Source of the DNA: Thermodesulfobacteriota bacterium
Lineage (GTDB): Bacteria; Desulfobacterota; Desulfobulbia; Desulfobulbales; SURF-16
Assembly: GCA_039715015.1 (NCBI GenBank)
Contig: JBDLIE010000004.1
Span: forward strand, 1-64,000
Direction: 5' to 3'
Length of the DNA: 64,000 nucleotides
Position 1 is the stretch's first letter. Every line of letters starts with the position of its first letter. A model generated the notes under the pieces. It did no database searches, was not told the DNA's origin, and saw only the letters and a program-made list of their open reading frames with translations. This document shows, one piece after another, positions 51,764-60,764 of the stretch. Both the position numbers and the translations under genes were made by a program.

Positions 51764-52693
51764 AAAGGGGTCAGGTCTTGAGATATCACATTTCTTCTGG
51801 TAGAATCACTCCATTATGGCCCGTCCACTTCGTTTAGAATTTGCTGGTGCAATTTATCACATCACCTCTCGTGGTAATGCAAGGGATGACATCTACCTTG
51901 GCGATGCAGACAGGCGTGCTTTTCTCGCAATTCTTGCTCGCACCGTTGACCGCTATAACTGGCTTTGTCATGCCTATTGCTTGATGGATAACCACTATCA
52001 CTTGCTCATCGAAACCCTTGATCCGAACCTTTCTTTAGGGATGCGTCAGTTGAACGGCATCTACACCCAGACATATAACCGCAATCACAAAAGAGTGGGG
52101 CATGTTTTCCAGGGGAGATTTAAATCAATTCTCGTTGAAAAGGGAGAACATCTCCTAGAGCTTTGTCGGTACATTGTTTTGAACCCTGTAAAGGCTGGCA
52201 TGGTTGAAAAGCCTGAACAATATCAGTGGAGTAGCTATAAAGAGACGGTCACCAATGGGAATGATAGTGCAAGTTTTTTGACCACCGAATGGGTGTTGGG
52301 CCAGTTTTCAAGTAATCGTGCAGAGGCACAAAAAAGATATACGGATTTTGTCCATGATGGTCTTACCACGCCAAAAAGTCCTTGGGAGCTTCTCCGGGGC
52401 CAGGTTTTTTTGGGGAGCGCCCAGTTTATAGCCAAAATGCAGGAGAAATTGGGAGAGAAAAAGGAGATAGGAGAAATTCCAAGGGAGCAAAGGTATCCAG
52501 GACGACCTAGCTTGAAATCTCTCTTTGCTGGGACAACCAACAGGCAAGATCGGAACGAAAAAATAAAAACAGCTCACATCGAGTATGGCTATACCCATAA
52601 ACAGATCGCCGATGAACTAGAGCTCCACTACACCACAATTAGCAGAGTAATAAATATGCGCTGAGGTGTTATAATTCAAGACCTGACCCCTTT
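51764..52693 (+). mobile_element. RAYT-type element delimited by 27-bp inverted repeats
   Basis: 51764-51790 versus 52667-52693 inverted, 24/27 match, outer 18 bp perfect. Confidence 0.8.
51816..52664 (+). CDS. Y1 HUH transposase (REP-associated tyrosine transposase-like) with C-terminal HTH
   Basis: MARPLR, YHITSRGN, CLMDNHYHLL (HUH), YIVLNP, YQWSS, YTHKQIADELELHYTTISRVI. Confidence 0.9.
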   Translation: MARPLRLEFAGAIYHITSRGNARDDIYLGDADRRAFLAILARTVDRYNWLCHAYCLMDNHYHLLIETLDPNLSLGMRQLNGIYTQTYNRNHKRVGHVFQGRFKSILVEKGEHLLELCRYIVLNPVKAGMVEKPEQYQWSSYKETVTNGNDSASFLTTEWVLGQFSSNRAEAQKRYTDFVHDGLTTPKSPWELLRGQVFLGSAQFIAKMQEKLGEKKEIGEIPREQRYPGRPSLKSLFAGTTNRQDRNEKIKTAHIEYGYTHKQIADELELHYTTISRVINMR

Positions 52694-52901
52694 CGCAAGT
52701 GGACCCCTTTCAGATCGCCGATGAACTAGAGCTCCACTACACCACAATTAGCAGAGTAATAAATATGCGCTGAGGTGTTATAATTCAAGACCTGACCCCT
52801 TTCCCAATGATAAATATGCGCTGAGGTGTTATAATTCAAGACCTGACCCCTTTCCCAATGAGGTGTTATAATTCAAGACCTGGCCCCTTTCCGACCCTTT
52901 C
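52602..52901 (+). repeat. Nested tandem copies of the RAYT right end
   Basis: Copies of 93, 45 and 33 bp plus two 9-10 bp stubs, all ending in GACCCCTTTC-like sequence. Confidence 0.9.
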
Positions 52902-52903
52902 CC

Positions 52904-53241
52904 TCCATGGGACTTACATCTCAGGAAAAGAAACGGAATGGATCGTCGAGTTCCTCAAAAATCAGGGTAGTGTCACCTATAATGAGGAGATCATTAAGTC
53001 AGTGGAGGATGAGCCCGGTATCGCCGGTCTTGATGGTGAGGAGTATGACGAGAAGTATGATGAGGCCGTGTCCATAGTCTGCGAGACCGGCCAGGCATCT
53101 ATCTCGGCTGTTCAGCGGCGGCTGCGCATCGGCTATAATAGGGCGGCCCGGATCATTGAAACCATGGAGAGAGAAGGCATTGTCGGCCCGGCCGATGGCG
53201 CCAAGCCCAGAGAAATCCTGGCCCGCCGCGAATACTCCTGA
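52904..53241 (+). pseudogene. Diverged duplicate of the ftsK 3' end (motor end plus gamma domain)
   Basis: HGTYISGKETEWIVEFLK... versus HGAYISEKETERIVEFLK...; no credible start of its own. Confidence 0.88.
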
Positions 53242-53248
53242 TTGGCCC

Positions 53249-53355
53249 GTAACTGTTCAGTAGCACCTCATCTTTGCCCATTTTGGACTTCTCACATACC
53301 AAAGTATGCTTCGAAATCCAAAATGAACAAATCTAAGGCACTTCTGAACAGTTAC
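53249..53355. repeat. 107-bp imperfect palindrome (MITE/REP-like)
   Basis: GTAACTGTTCAG...CATTTTGGA..CATAC-caaa-GTATG..TCCAAAATG...CTGAACAGTTAC; extra CTGAATAGTTAC at 53388-53399. Confidence 0.75.
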
Positions 53356-53448
53356 AGTTCGGAGTTGAGGGTAATTTCTAGCCATCACTGAATAGTTACA
53401 TTGTCACGGTGATTTTTCCCTTGCCTAATGGAGGAAAGAGAAATATGA

Positions 53449-53475
53449 GTAATACTCTTTTTTTAAAGGTGCTAC
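53449..53475. promoter_or_regulatory. Putative NikR operator upstream of nikR
   Basis: GTAATAC-N13-GTGCTAC, same geometry as the site at 53963. Confidence 0.65.
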
Positions 53476-53479
53476 GGTC

Positions 53480-53890
53480 ATGCTGAAACGATTTTCCATT
53501 TCCCTGGAGGAGGATCTCCTCGAAGATTTTGACGAGTTCATCAAGCAGCGGAGCTACGAGAACCGTTCTGAGGCCATTCGTGATCTGATTCGCAGCTCTT
53601 TTGTTAAGGACGAATGGGAGGCGGATAAGGATGTTATGGGGGTGATTACCCTGGTCTATGACCATCATCAGCCTAACCTCCAGGAAAAGGTCACGGAACT
53701 GCAGCATGATTATCACCAGCAGATTGTTTCCACCACCCATGTCCATATGGACCACCATAACTGCCTGGAGGTAATCATTGTCCGGGGCAAGGCTGCGGCG
53801 GTAAAAGAGCTGGCCAATAATCTTAGCTCTCTGCGTGGTGTGCGTGACGGCAAGCTGGCCATGAGTTCCACGGGCAAGCATCTCCATTAG
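53480..53890 (+). CDS. nikR: Nickel-responsive regulator NikR
   Basis: RFSISL ribbon-helix-helix, NRSEAIRDLIR, YDHH, HVHMDHHNCLE. Confidence 0.96.
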   Translation: MLKRFSISLEEDLLEDFDEFIKQRSYENRSEAIRDLIRSSFVKDEWEADKDVMGVITLVYDHHQPNLQEKVTELQHDYHQQIVSTTHVHMDHHNCLEVIIVRGKAAAVKELANNLSSLRGVRDGKLAMSSTGKHLH

Positions 53891-53962
53891 GAACTCCGGT
53901 TCCTATTAACAGTTATCTTTTTTAAGCAACGGTTCCTTGGGGGCCTTTTTTTTAATCGTGCG

Positions 53963-53989
53963 GTAATACATAAAGATCTTATGTGTTAC
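53963..53989. promoter_or_regulatory. Putative NikR operator upstream of nikM
   Basis: GTAATAC-N13-GTGTTAC dyad, 18 bp upstream of the ATG. Confidence 0.72.
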
Positions 53990-54007
53990 TCGTGTTTAGG
54001 GTAAATT

Positions 54008-54613
54008 ATGCATCTTGCAGAGGGCATTCTCTCTGGTCCCATACTTCTTGGTGGCGGCGTTCTTGCTGTTGCTGGGACAGCTATTGGTCTTAAGAAGATC
54101 GACCAGGAACGGATCATGACCACAGCGCTGCTCTCTGCTGCTTTTTTTGTGGCATCGCTGGTCCATGTCCCCATCGGCCCGGGCAGTATCCATCTCCTCT
54201 TAAACGGATTAATGGCTCTCCTCCTTGGCTGGGGTTGTTTCCCTGCCATTTTGGTGGCTCTTTTACTCCAGGCCATTTTTTTTCAGTTCGGTGGCTTTAC
54301 TGTTCTTGGGATTAATGTCGTTATTATTGCCGGTTCCGCTTTGGCTGGTTCCCTTTTTTTTCGAAAATGGCTGGCTGCTCCAGCAAAAAGGCAGGTGGCT
54401 GGTTTTCTGGCCGGTTTTTTATCCGTGGCCTTCGCCGCCTTGGCGATGGCCTTGGCCTTAGCAACCAGTGATCAGAATTTTCTGGCCGCAGCCCAGGTGG
54501 TTTTTGTTGCTCACCTGCCGGTAATGGCGGTGGAAGGGGTGATCACCATGATCGTTGTCAGTTTCCTGGCAAGGGTCGAGCCGGAGATCCTGGGAATTGG
54601 CCGTCAAAAATAA
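54008..54613 (+). CDS. nikM: Ni/Co ECF transporter substrate component (NikM/CbiM)
   Basis: MHLAEG N-terminus, SIHLLLNG, QFGG, EGVIT. Confidence 0.9.
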   Translation: MHLAEGILSGPILLGGGVLAVAGTAIGLKKIDQERIMTTALLSAAFFVASLVHVPIGPGSIHLLLNGLMALLLGWGCFPAILVALLLQAIFFQFGGFTVLGINVVIIAGSALAGSLFFRKWLAAPAKRQVAGFLAGFLSVAFAALAMALALATSDQNFLAAAQVVFVAHLPVMAVEGVITMIVVSFLARVEPEILGIGRQK

Positions 54614-54626
54614 ATCCGGAGTAGCT

Positions 54627-55244
54627 ATGAAACGAGATTTGCTGAATATATGCCAGCTGCTGGGGCAAAGAATAGCTGAGGTGACATCTGCCCTTATTCT
54701 CCTTATTCTTGTTGCCTCGCCTGCTTATGCCCACAAGGTGCATATCTTTGCCTATGTTGATGGTGATTTGATAAAGACAGAGAGCCGCTTTAACGGTGGG
54801 CGTCCGGCCCGCAGCTGCGCTATTACTGTTCACACTCTCTCTGGGCAGGATATTGCCGCCAGTGGTACAAGTGATGATAAGGGCCTTTTTCAATTTCCAG
54901 TGGCTGAACTGACTGGCGACCTAGATATCATCATTACCTGCGGTGATGGGCACCGGGGATCATGGCATCTTGAGGAAGATGACTATCTCTTGGCTGGGGC
55001 AGAACCCGTTACCCATGTCCATGCCGAATTGCCAGCAGTTGTTGCCCAGAGTGAGGATACTGATGATGATTTGCTGAGGAAAATTATTGCGGAGGAGGTG
55101 GAGAAGAAACTTGCTCCCCTGCGTCGTGAGCTGACCCGGCTTGCTGAGCGGCGAACAAGCCTGCAAGATATTCTTGGCGGTATCGGCTACCTCTTTGGCC
55201 TAGCCGGTCTTGCTGCCTATATGAAGTATAAGAAATCAACGTAG
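54627..55244 (+). CDS. Auxiliary Ni/Co transport component (periplasmic domain plus C-terminal TM, NikL-like)
   Basis: AYAHKVHIFAY, GDGHRG, DILGGIGYLFGLAGL. Confidence 0.75.
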   Translation: MKRDLLNICQLLGQRIAEVTSALILLILVASPAYAHKVHIFAYVDGDLIKTESRFNGGRPARSCAITVHTLSGQDIAASGTSDDKGLFQFPVAELTGDLDIIITCGDGHRGSWHLEEDDYLLAGAEPVTHVHAELPAVVAQSEDTDDDLLRKIIAEEVEKKLAPLRRELTRLAERRTSLQDILGGIGYLFGLAGLAAYMKYKKST

Positions 55245-55283
55245 TGTTTATTCCTACTCTTTTTTAGACGGTACCATTTTCCC

Positions 55284-56051
55284 ATGAACCTTGAATGTTT
55301 CAGCGCAGGCGCTTCAATCTTACATCGGGTGGACGTACGCCTTAAGTTGATCAGCGCCTTTTTTTTCAGTGTTGTGGTGGCCCTCTGTCACTCCTTGCGG
55401 GCACCCCTGATCGCTTTGCTGGTAGCCGCTGTGTTCGTTTTTGTAGCTCGTCTTCCTATGTTAAAGGTAGTCAGGCGTCTTTTTATGGTGAACCTGTTTA
55501 CCCTCCTTTTCTGGCTGACCTTACCTCTTACTGTTCCGGGTGAACTCCTTATCAAGCTGGGGCCTCTTGTCATCAGCAGGCCGGGGGTCGATCTCGCTGG
55601 ACTTATTACCTTGAAGACGAATGCCATTGTCCTGGCCTTCCTCGCCCTGGTCGCAACTTCGGGTGTAGCTGATATCGGCCATGCTCTTGCCTCTCTGAAG
55701 CTGCCCAATCGTTTCTGCATGCTGCTGCTTTTTACCTATCGATATATCTTTGTACTCCAGCAAGAGTACCAACGCTTGCGACGGGCCGCCCTCTTGCGCG
55801 GATTCAAACCGATGACCTCCATGCATACCTATCAAACCTATGGCAATCTCTTAGGGATGACCTTGGTGAAGAGTTGGCAAAGGGGGATTCGGGTACAGCA
55901 GGCCATGGTGCTTCGCGGTTTCCAGGGGAAATTTTATACCCTCGAGAGTCGGAGCCCTATGGCTGCAGACTGGTCTCTTTTTGCCCTGATTTTCCTTGTT
56001 GCTGTGGGCATTGCTTTAATGGAGTCTCTCAGTACTGCCGGAGGCTGGTGA
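55284..56051 (+). CDS. nikQ: ECF transporter T component (NikQ/CbiQ)
   Basis: LHRVDVRLK, FTYRYI, AALLRGF, AMVLRGF. Confidence 0.9.
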   Translation: MNLECFSAGASILHRVDVRLKLISAFFFSVVVALCHSLRAPLIALLVAAVFVFVARLPMLKVVRRLFMVNLFTLLFWLTLPLTVPGELLIKLGPLVISRPGVDLAGLITLKTNAIVLAFLALVATSGVADIGHALASLKLPNRFCMLLLFTYRYIFVLQQEYQRLRRAALLRGFKPMTSMHTYQTYGNLLGMTLVKSWQRGIRVQQAMVLRGFQGKFYTLESRSPMAADWSLFALIFLVAVGIALMESLSTAGGW

Positions 56052-56767
56052 TGACCACGGTGGTTCTAGATGATATTTCCTTTCGTCATAATGGCGGAAG
56101 CCAGCTTTTCCATCACCTGAACCTTACCATAGGCTCCGAGCGTGTTGGCTTTATTGGCCCCAATGGCAGCGGCAAAACCACACTTTTTCATATCATTATG
56201 GGGTTGCTGAAACCGGATGGCGGCAAGGTTGTTTTGGATGGCAAGGTTGTCGCAGACGCAAAAGCGTGGCGACAACTTCGGCGGCAGGTTGGCTTTCTTT
56301 TTCAGGACGCTGACGATCAGCTTTTTTCTCCCACCGTGCTTGAGGATGTGGCCTTTGGTCCCCTGAATATGGGATCCTCTGGTCCAGAGGCGAGTAAAAA
56401 GGCCATTGCCACCTTGGCCAGTCTGGGGTTAGCTGATTTTGAAAATAGGATTACCCATCAGCTTTCTGGCGGGGAAAAGAAATTAGTGGCCTTGGCAACT
56501 ATACTCGTTATGGCGCCGGACATTCTCCTCCTTGATGAACCGACAAATAACCTTGACCCAGCCACCAGAGAACGTCTGGTGGCCATACTTGATAATCTCA
56601 ACCTGCCCATGGTAATAATCTCCCATGATTTTGACTTCCTCTCCAAGACCACGGATATCATTTATAGTCTAGAGCATGGCCACCTCCACAAGTCAGAGTC
56701 CATCCACCTTCATTCGCATCCACATGCCCATGTCTATGGCGACCATCCCCACGATCATGGTGGTTGA
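56051..56767 (+). CDS. nikO: ECF transporter ATPase (NikO/CbiO) with His-rich tail
   Basis: GPNGSGKT, FQDADDQLF, LSGGEKK, DEPT; HLHSHPHAH tail. Confidence 0.9.
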   Translation: MTTVVLDDISFRHNGGSQLFHHLNLTIGSERVGFIGPNGSGKTTLFHIIMGLLKPDGGKVVLDGKVVADAKAWRQLRRQVGFLFQDADDQLFSPTVLEDVAFGPLNMGSSGPEASKKAIATLASLGLADFENRITHQLSGGEKKLVALATILVMAPDILLLDEPTNNLDPATRERLVAILDNLNLPMVIISHDFDFLSKTTDIIYSLEHGHLHKSESIHLHSHPHAHVYGDHPHDHGG

Positions 56768-56770
56768 ATA

Positions 56771-57553
56771 ATGGTCTTTGCTCTGGATGAAATAGATCTT
56801 AGCTCGGACGGCCATGTGCACACCAAGCTCTGCCATCATGCCGAAGGAGAGATGGAGGAGTATGTCCAAGCAGCCCTGGCCTGCGGCCTTGAAGAGATTA
56901 TTTTTTTGGAGCATTTTGAGGCAGGGATCAACTATATGGAGGCCACCTGGCTTACAGACGATGATTTTCGTTTCTACCACACGGAATGGCAGCGATTGGC
57001 CCAAAAATATGGGGGCCAGATACGTGTTGGTGGGGGGGTAGAAGTCGGACTGAACCCAAAGAGGCTGGCCGAGATAGCGGATTTTATCAATTCATACCAA
57101 TGGGCCAGAGTAGGGCTTTCCTATCATTATTTTGAAAGTGATGGCGAGCACGTTAATATGCTGAGTCGCAAACAGGAAAATATCCAGCGTTTCGACTGCC
57201 TGGGCCATGAGCGCGTTCTCACCCAATACTTTACTGATCTCCTTGCTGCCCTTGAAGAGATCGAGGTGGATGTGGTTTGCCATATTGACGCCGCCCTCCG
57301 CTACTGTCATGGCGTGGAGTTTGTCACGGAGCACTGGTATCTCATTGATGAAATTCTTGCTGAGATGGCCAAGAAAAAGATTGCCCTGGAGGTTAATACC
57401 TCAGGTTTTGCCGTGCGTGGCGAGCCGTTCCCCGGCGCCGCGATAATTGATCGGGCCCGGCGCTTCGGGCTGAAGTTTGTCGCAGGCTCTGATGCCCATC
57501 GTCCCCAAGATGTCGGGCGCTATTTCGATCGCTTGAGAAAAGGGTTGGACTAG
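56771..57553 (+). CDS. PHP-family histidinol-phosphatase (HisJ/HisK-like)
   Basis: DGHVHT..CHHAEG, EVNTSG, GSDAH. Confidence 0.82.
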   Translation: MVFALDEIDLSSDGHVHTKLCHHAEGEMEEYVQAALACGLEEIIFLEHFEAGINYMEATWLTDDDFRFYHTEWQRLAQKYGGQIRVGGGVEVGLNPKRLAEIADFINSYQWARVGLSYHYFESDGEHVNMLSRKQENIQRFDCLGHERVLTQYFTDLLAALEEIEVDVVCHIDAALRYCHGVEFVTEHWYLIDEILAEMAKKKIALEVNTSGFAVRGEPFPGAAIIDRARRFGLKFVAGSDAHRPQDVGRYFDRLRKGLD

Positions 57554-57670
57554 AGGTTCCTGGGGGCGCATAAAAAAGCCAGGTAACAGAATCTGTCACC
57601 TGGCGGTCAGTACTTTGAAAAAATGGTAAAAAGAAGGAGGGTGAGAAGAAGCCCTCCTTCAGGCCTGGAT

Positions 57671-58063
57671 CTAGTTGAGGGTGATCACCAGGGGAATCTG
57701 GTGGAGGCTTTTGGAGGTGGAACGGGTGGAACGCAGGCTCCAAGCCGTGGCCTCATAGTGGTCACCTAAGATTCCGTCCACCTCTTTGACCACTCCGTTG
57801 ATATTGATAATGGGATGGCGGGAAAAGACCTCTGGCAGACCATAGGTCAGGTTGCAAGCCAGGCAGCAGCCAGGCCGTTCAAGAAGGTTGAGCTCAAAAT
57901 GAAGTTCCTTGGCGCTTTGGTCAAAACCGGCAAATTTTAATTCAATATCATAGGATCCTTCACTGGCATCACCAAAGAGGGCATCGAAAAAGGCGTCAGC
58001 CCTATCGGCGGGAAAGATTTTTTTGCATACGTCATCGGTAAAAAGTGTCTGCATGTCTGCCAT
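57671..58063 (-). CDS. Hypothetical protein with a CCLAC motif
   Basis: FFDALFGDASEGSYDI, ERPGCCLACNLTYGLPEVFSRHP; GGAG RBS before ATG 58063. Confidence 0.7.
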   Translation of the reverse strand: MADMQTLFTDDVCKKIFPADRADAFFDALFGDASEGSYDIELKFAGFDQSAKELHFELNLLERPGCCLACNLTYGLPEVFSRHPIININGVVKEVDGILGDHYEATAWSLRSTRSTSKSLHQIPLVITLN

Positions 58064-58276
58064 GGGGTGTTCTCCGTCTATCTCTGTAAATTCCCATAAG
58101 GCGGGAAGGTATTTTTTTGCTGTGGAATGATGGCCGCCGTGAAAGAAGACGACTCCAAACAAGAGAAATTACACTACCCTGCCTGCCCTATGGGGTCAAT
58201 AGAAATCAGGCTCCAGCTCTTGCCGGGATGCATCTCTGTTCTTCAAAAAAAACGAGGCCTATGGTAAGGTGCGGCC

Positions 58277-60460
58277 ATGCGTCAACCATCTCTTTTCCCT
58301 CAGAAAGCCAGTCTCCAGAAAACCGGCAAGTCGACAAGTATGGCCGGCCTCAACCCTTCTCAACTTGAGGCTGTTACCACCACCCAAGGCCCGGTTCTTG
58401 TCATTGCCGGGGCCGGTAGTGGCAAGACCCGCACACTTGTGCACCGTATGGCCTACCTGGTGGAACAGGGGGTGGCTCCTGAGTCCATCTTGCTCCTGAC
58501 TTTTACCCGCAAGGCCGCCCAGGAGATGCTGGGCCGGGCCGCGGTTCTCATGAATGATTCCTGCCAGGGCGTCATGGGCGGTACCTTCCACGGTGTGGCC
58601 AACCTTCTTCTCCGTCGTTACGGGCGCTATATCGGCTACCCAGCCAATTTTACCATTCTGGACCGGGGTGATTCTGAGGGCATTATTAATCTGCTTAAAT
58701 CTTCCTTGGGCCTCAGCGGTGCTGGCCGGCGTTTTCCGTCAAAACGGGTGATCATTAATATGATCAGCGGCGCGGTGAACAAAAATATCGATTTTGACGA
58801 GTACCTGGAGGAGCGCTATTTTCACCTCCTTGAGTTCAGCTCTGATGTCAAGACCATCCGGGAGCATTATCATAATTTTAAGCAGGACCATGCCCTGATG
58901 GATTACGATGACCTGCTTGTCAAATTCCGTGATCTTTTGCGTGACCATCCCGAGGTGCTAGAGGAGGTCGCAAGCCGTTTTCATTATGTGATGGTGGATG
59001 AGTATCAGGACACCAACCGTATCCAGGCAGAGATTGTTTCCCTGATCAGCAGCAGCCATAATAACGTTATGGTGGTGGGTGACGATGCCCAGTCCATCTA
59101 TAGCTTCCGTGGCGCTGATTTTAAGAATATCATGGAGTTTCCTGATCTTTTTCCCGGCACCAAGATTGTCCGCCTGGAGGAAAACTACCGTTCGGCGCAG
59201 CCCATCTTAGAGGCCACTAATGCCATTATTGCCCAGGCCGCTGAGAAGTATGCCAAAACTCTTTTTTCCAATATTCCCGGCACGGAAAAACCTTATCTGT
59301 TTCGTGCCCGGGATGAGCAGGAACAGGCCCGTTATCTTGTTGAGAAGATAGAGAGTTTTCAAAAGGAAGGGGTGTCTCTTAATGAGATGGCCGTTCTGTT
59401 TAGATCTGGTTTCCACTCCTACAAGTTAGAGCTGGAGCTTGCCAACCGCCAAATTCCTTTTGAGAAAAGGGGCGGCATGAAGCTCACCGAATCGGCCCAC
59501 ATCAAGGATGTCCTGGCCTATTTGCGGATTATCTGCAACCCGGCAGATCATCTGTCCTGGAACAGGATTCTCCTGCAGATTGAAAAGGTGGGGCCAAAGA
59601 CTGCCGAGAAGATGCTTGCCGCTGTCCGTGCTGCCGGCAGTCCCCTGCAAGCTCTAGAGATGTATAAGGCCGGTAAGAGCTGGCAGCAGGGCTTGGAGAG
59701 GCTGGTGGATTTCCTCCGCAGTCTCGCCAGGCTGGATCGGCCCGGGGCTCAGCTTGAGCATGTTTTGAGCTATTATCAGCCGATCTTTGAACGTATCTAT
59801 CACGATGATTATCCGAGCCGTAGCCGGGATTTGGATCAGCTCTCCGAGCTGTTGACTGGCTATGAAGCCCTTCAGGATTTTATTGATGATACGGCCCTTG
59901 ATCCTCCTGAAGAATCACGTTTGAAAGATGGCGGCGCTGACCGGCTTGTTCTCTCCACCGTTCATTCTGCCAAAGGTCTGGAGTGGAAAAAGGTCTTTAT
60001 CCTTAATCTGGTGGAGGGGAAATTCCCCTCGGGCCAGGCCCAGCTCCCAGAAGAACGTGAGGAGGAACGTCGCCTGCTCTATGTAGCTGCTACCCGGGCC
60101 CAGGAACATCTCTTTCTTATTGCGCCTCGACTCACTGCCGGGCCTGATCGTATGCCGCAATCAGCCATGGTCAGTGAGTTTGTCTCTGAGTTGCCATCCG
60201 GCCTTTTGGCCGGGCCCGCCATGGGGCAAGCCATGCCATCCTTTTCATCGCCCCCGGTTTTGAGCACGGAAACCGAGAGTGGTCCAGGAAGCGACACCCT
60301 TACCATCGATGAGTTTGCAACGGGCCGGGGGGTCCGCCATAATTTCTTCGGCGAGGGCAAGGTTATAAAGGTATGTCCTCCCAAGACAGTGGAGATTTTC
60401 TTTCCCCGCCATGGTCTGAAAAAATTACATCTTGATTATGCCAAATTGGAAGTTTTATAA
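58277..60460 (+). CDS. UvrD/PcrA/Rep-family SF1 helicase
   Basis: AGAGSGKT, TFTRKAA, VDEYQD, GDDAQSIYSFRGA, TVHSAKGLE, EERRLLYVAATRA. Confidence 0.93.
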   Translation: MRQPSLFPQKASLQKTGKSTSMAGLNPSQLEAVTTTQGPVLVIAGAGSGKTRTLVHRMAYLVEQGVAPESILLLTFTRKAAQEMLGRAAVLMNDSCQGVMGGTFHGVANLLLRRYGRYIGYPANFTILDRGDSEGIINLLKSSLGLSGAGRRFPSKRVIINMISGAVNKNIDFDEYLEERYFHLLEFSSDVKTIREHYHNFKQDHALMDYDDLLVKFRDLLRDHPEVLEEVASRFHYVMVDEYQDTNRIQAEIVSLISSSHNNVMVVGDDAQSIYSFRGADFKNIMEFPDLFPGTKIVRLEENYRSAQPILEATNAIIAQAAEKYAKTLFSNIPGTEKPYLFRARDEQEQARYLVEKIESFQKEGVSLNEMAVLFRSGFHSYKLELELANRQIPFEKRGGMKLTESAHIKDVLAYLRIICNPADHLSWNRILLQIEKVGPKTAEKMLAAVRAAGSPLQALEMYKAGKSWQQGLERLVDFLRSLARLDRPGAQLEHVLSYYQPIFERIYHDDYPSRSRDLDQLSELLTGYEALQDFIDDTALDPPEESRLKDGGADRLVLSTVHSAKGLEWKKVFILNLVEGKFPSGQAQLPEEREEERRLLYVAATRAQEHLFLIAPRLTAGPDRMPQSAMVSEFVSELPSGLLAGPAMGQAMPSFSSPPVLSTETESGPGSDTLTIDEFATGRGVRHNFFGEGKVIKVCPPKTVEIFFPRHGLKKLHLDYAKLEVL

Positions 60461-60495
60461 GGGGCGCCTTTCACATTTTCCTTGGAGGTGCAGTG

Positions 60496-60669
60496 ATGAA
60501 AGAAGAGCGCAAGAATTTTCTGAGCATCCTTACGGTTGTGGCCCTTATCGTGGTGGCTTATATTCTCAGCGGCATTTTTATGAAACCGGAACCAGGTAAG
60601 CCGGGTAATGAGCTGCGGCCGCCAGTGAATCGGATTGAAAAGATTAGAGAAGGATTTGTAGAGAAATAA
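60496..60669 (+). CDS. Small single-TM protein (57 aa, not in the ORF track)
   Basis: GGAGG RBS; MKEERKNFLSILTVVALIVVAYILSGIFMKPEP... Confidence 0.6.
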   Translation: MKEERKNFLSILTVVALIVVAYILSGIFMKPEPGKPGNELRPPVNRIEKIREGFVEK

Positions 60670-60764
60670 GATCTCTGCTTTGATCCTAAACTCCTTAAAA
60701 AAAATCTACTTGAAATGCCCATATTGATGAATTGCATACTTGCCCACGGAGAGGCCCACCCTTG

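Larger units (their letters stand above)
49789..52903. mobile_element. Accessory insertion between ftsK and a duplicated ftsK 3' end
   Basis: Bounded by diverged direct repeat 49448-49775 / 52904-53231 (offset 3456); contains two HUH transposase genes or remnants. Confidence 0.7.

Noticed and set aside
52602..52901. CRISPR array
   Set aside because: There are no unique spacers of regular length; the units are nested copies of the adjacent gene end, and no cas genes are present.
52858..52903. Genuine start for the 127-aa FtsK-gamma ORF
   Set aside because: The ATG and first 15 codons come from the repeat ladder and have no clear RBS.
49448..53241. Diversity-generating retroelement TR/VR pair (also considered for the hisHF repeat)
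   Set aside because: Mismatches are not adenine-specific and are mostly synonymous, and there is no reverse transcriptase in the window.
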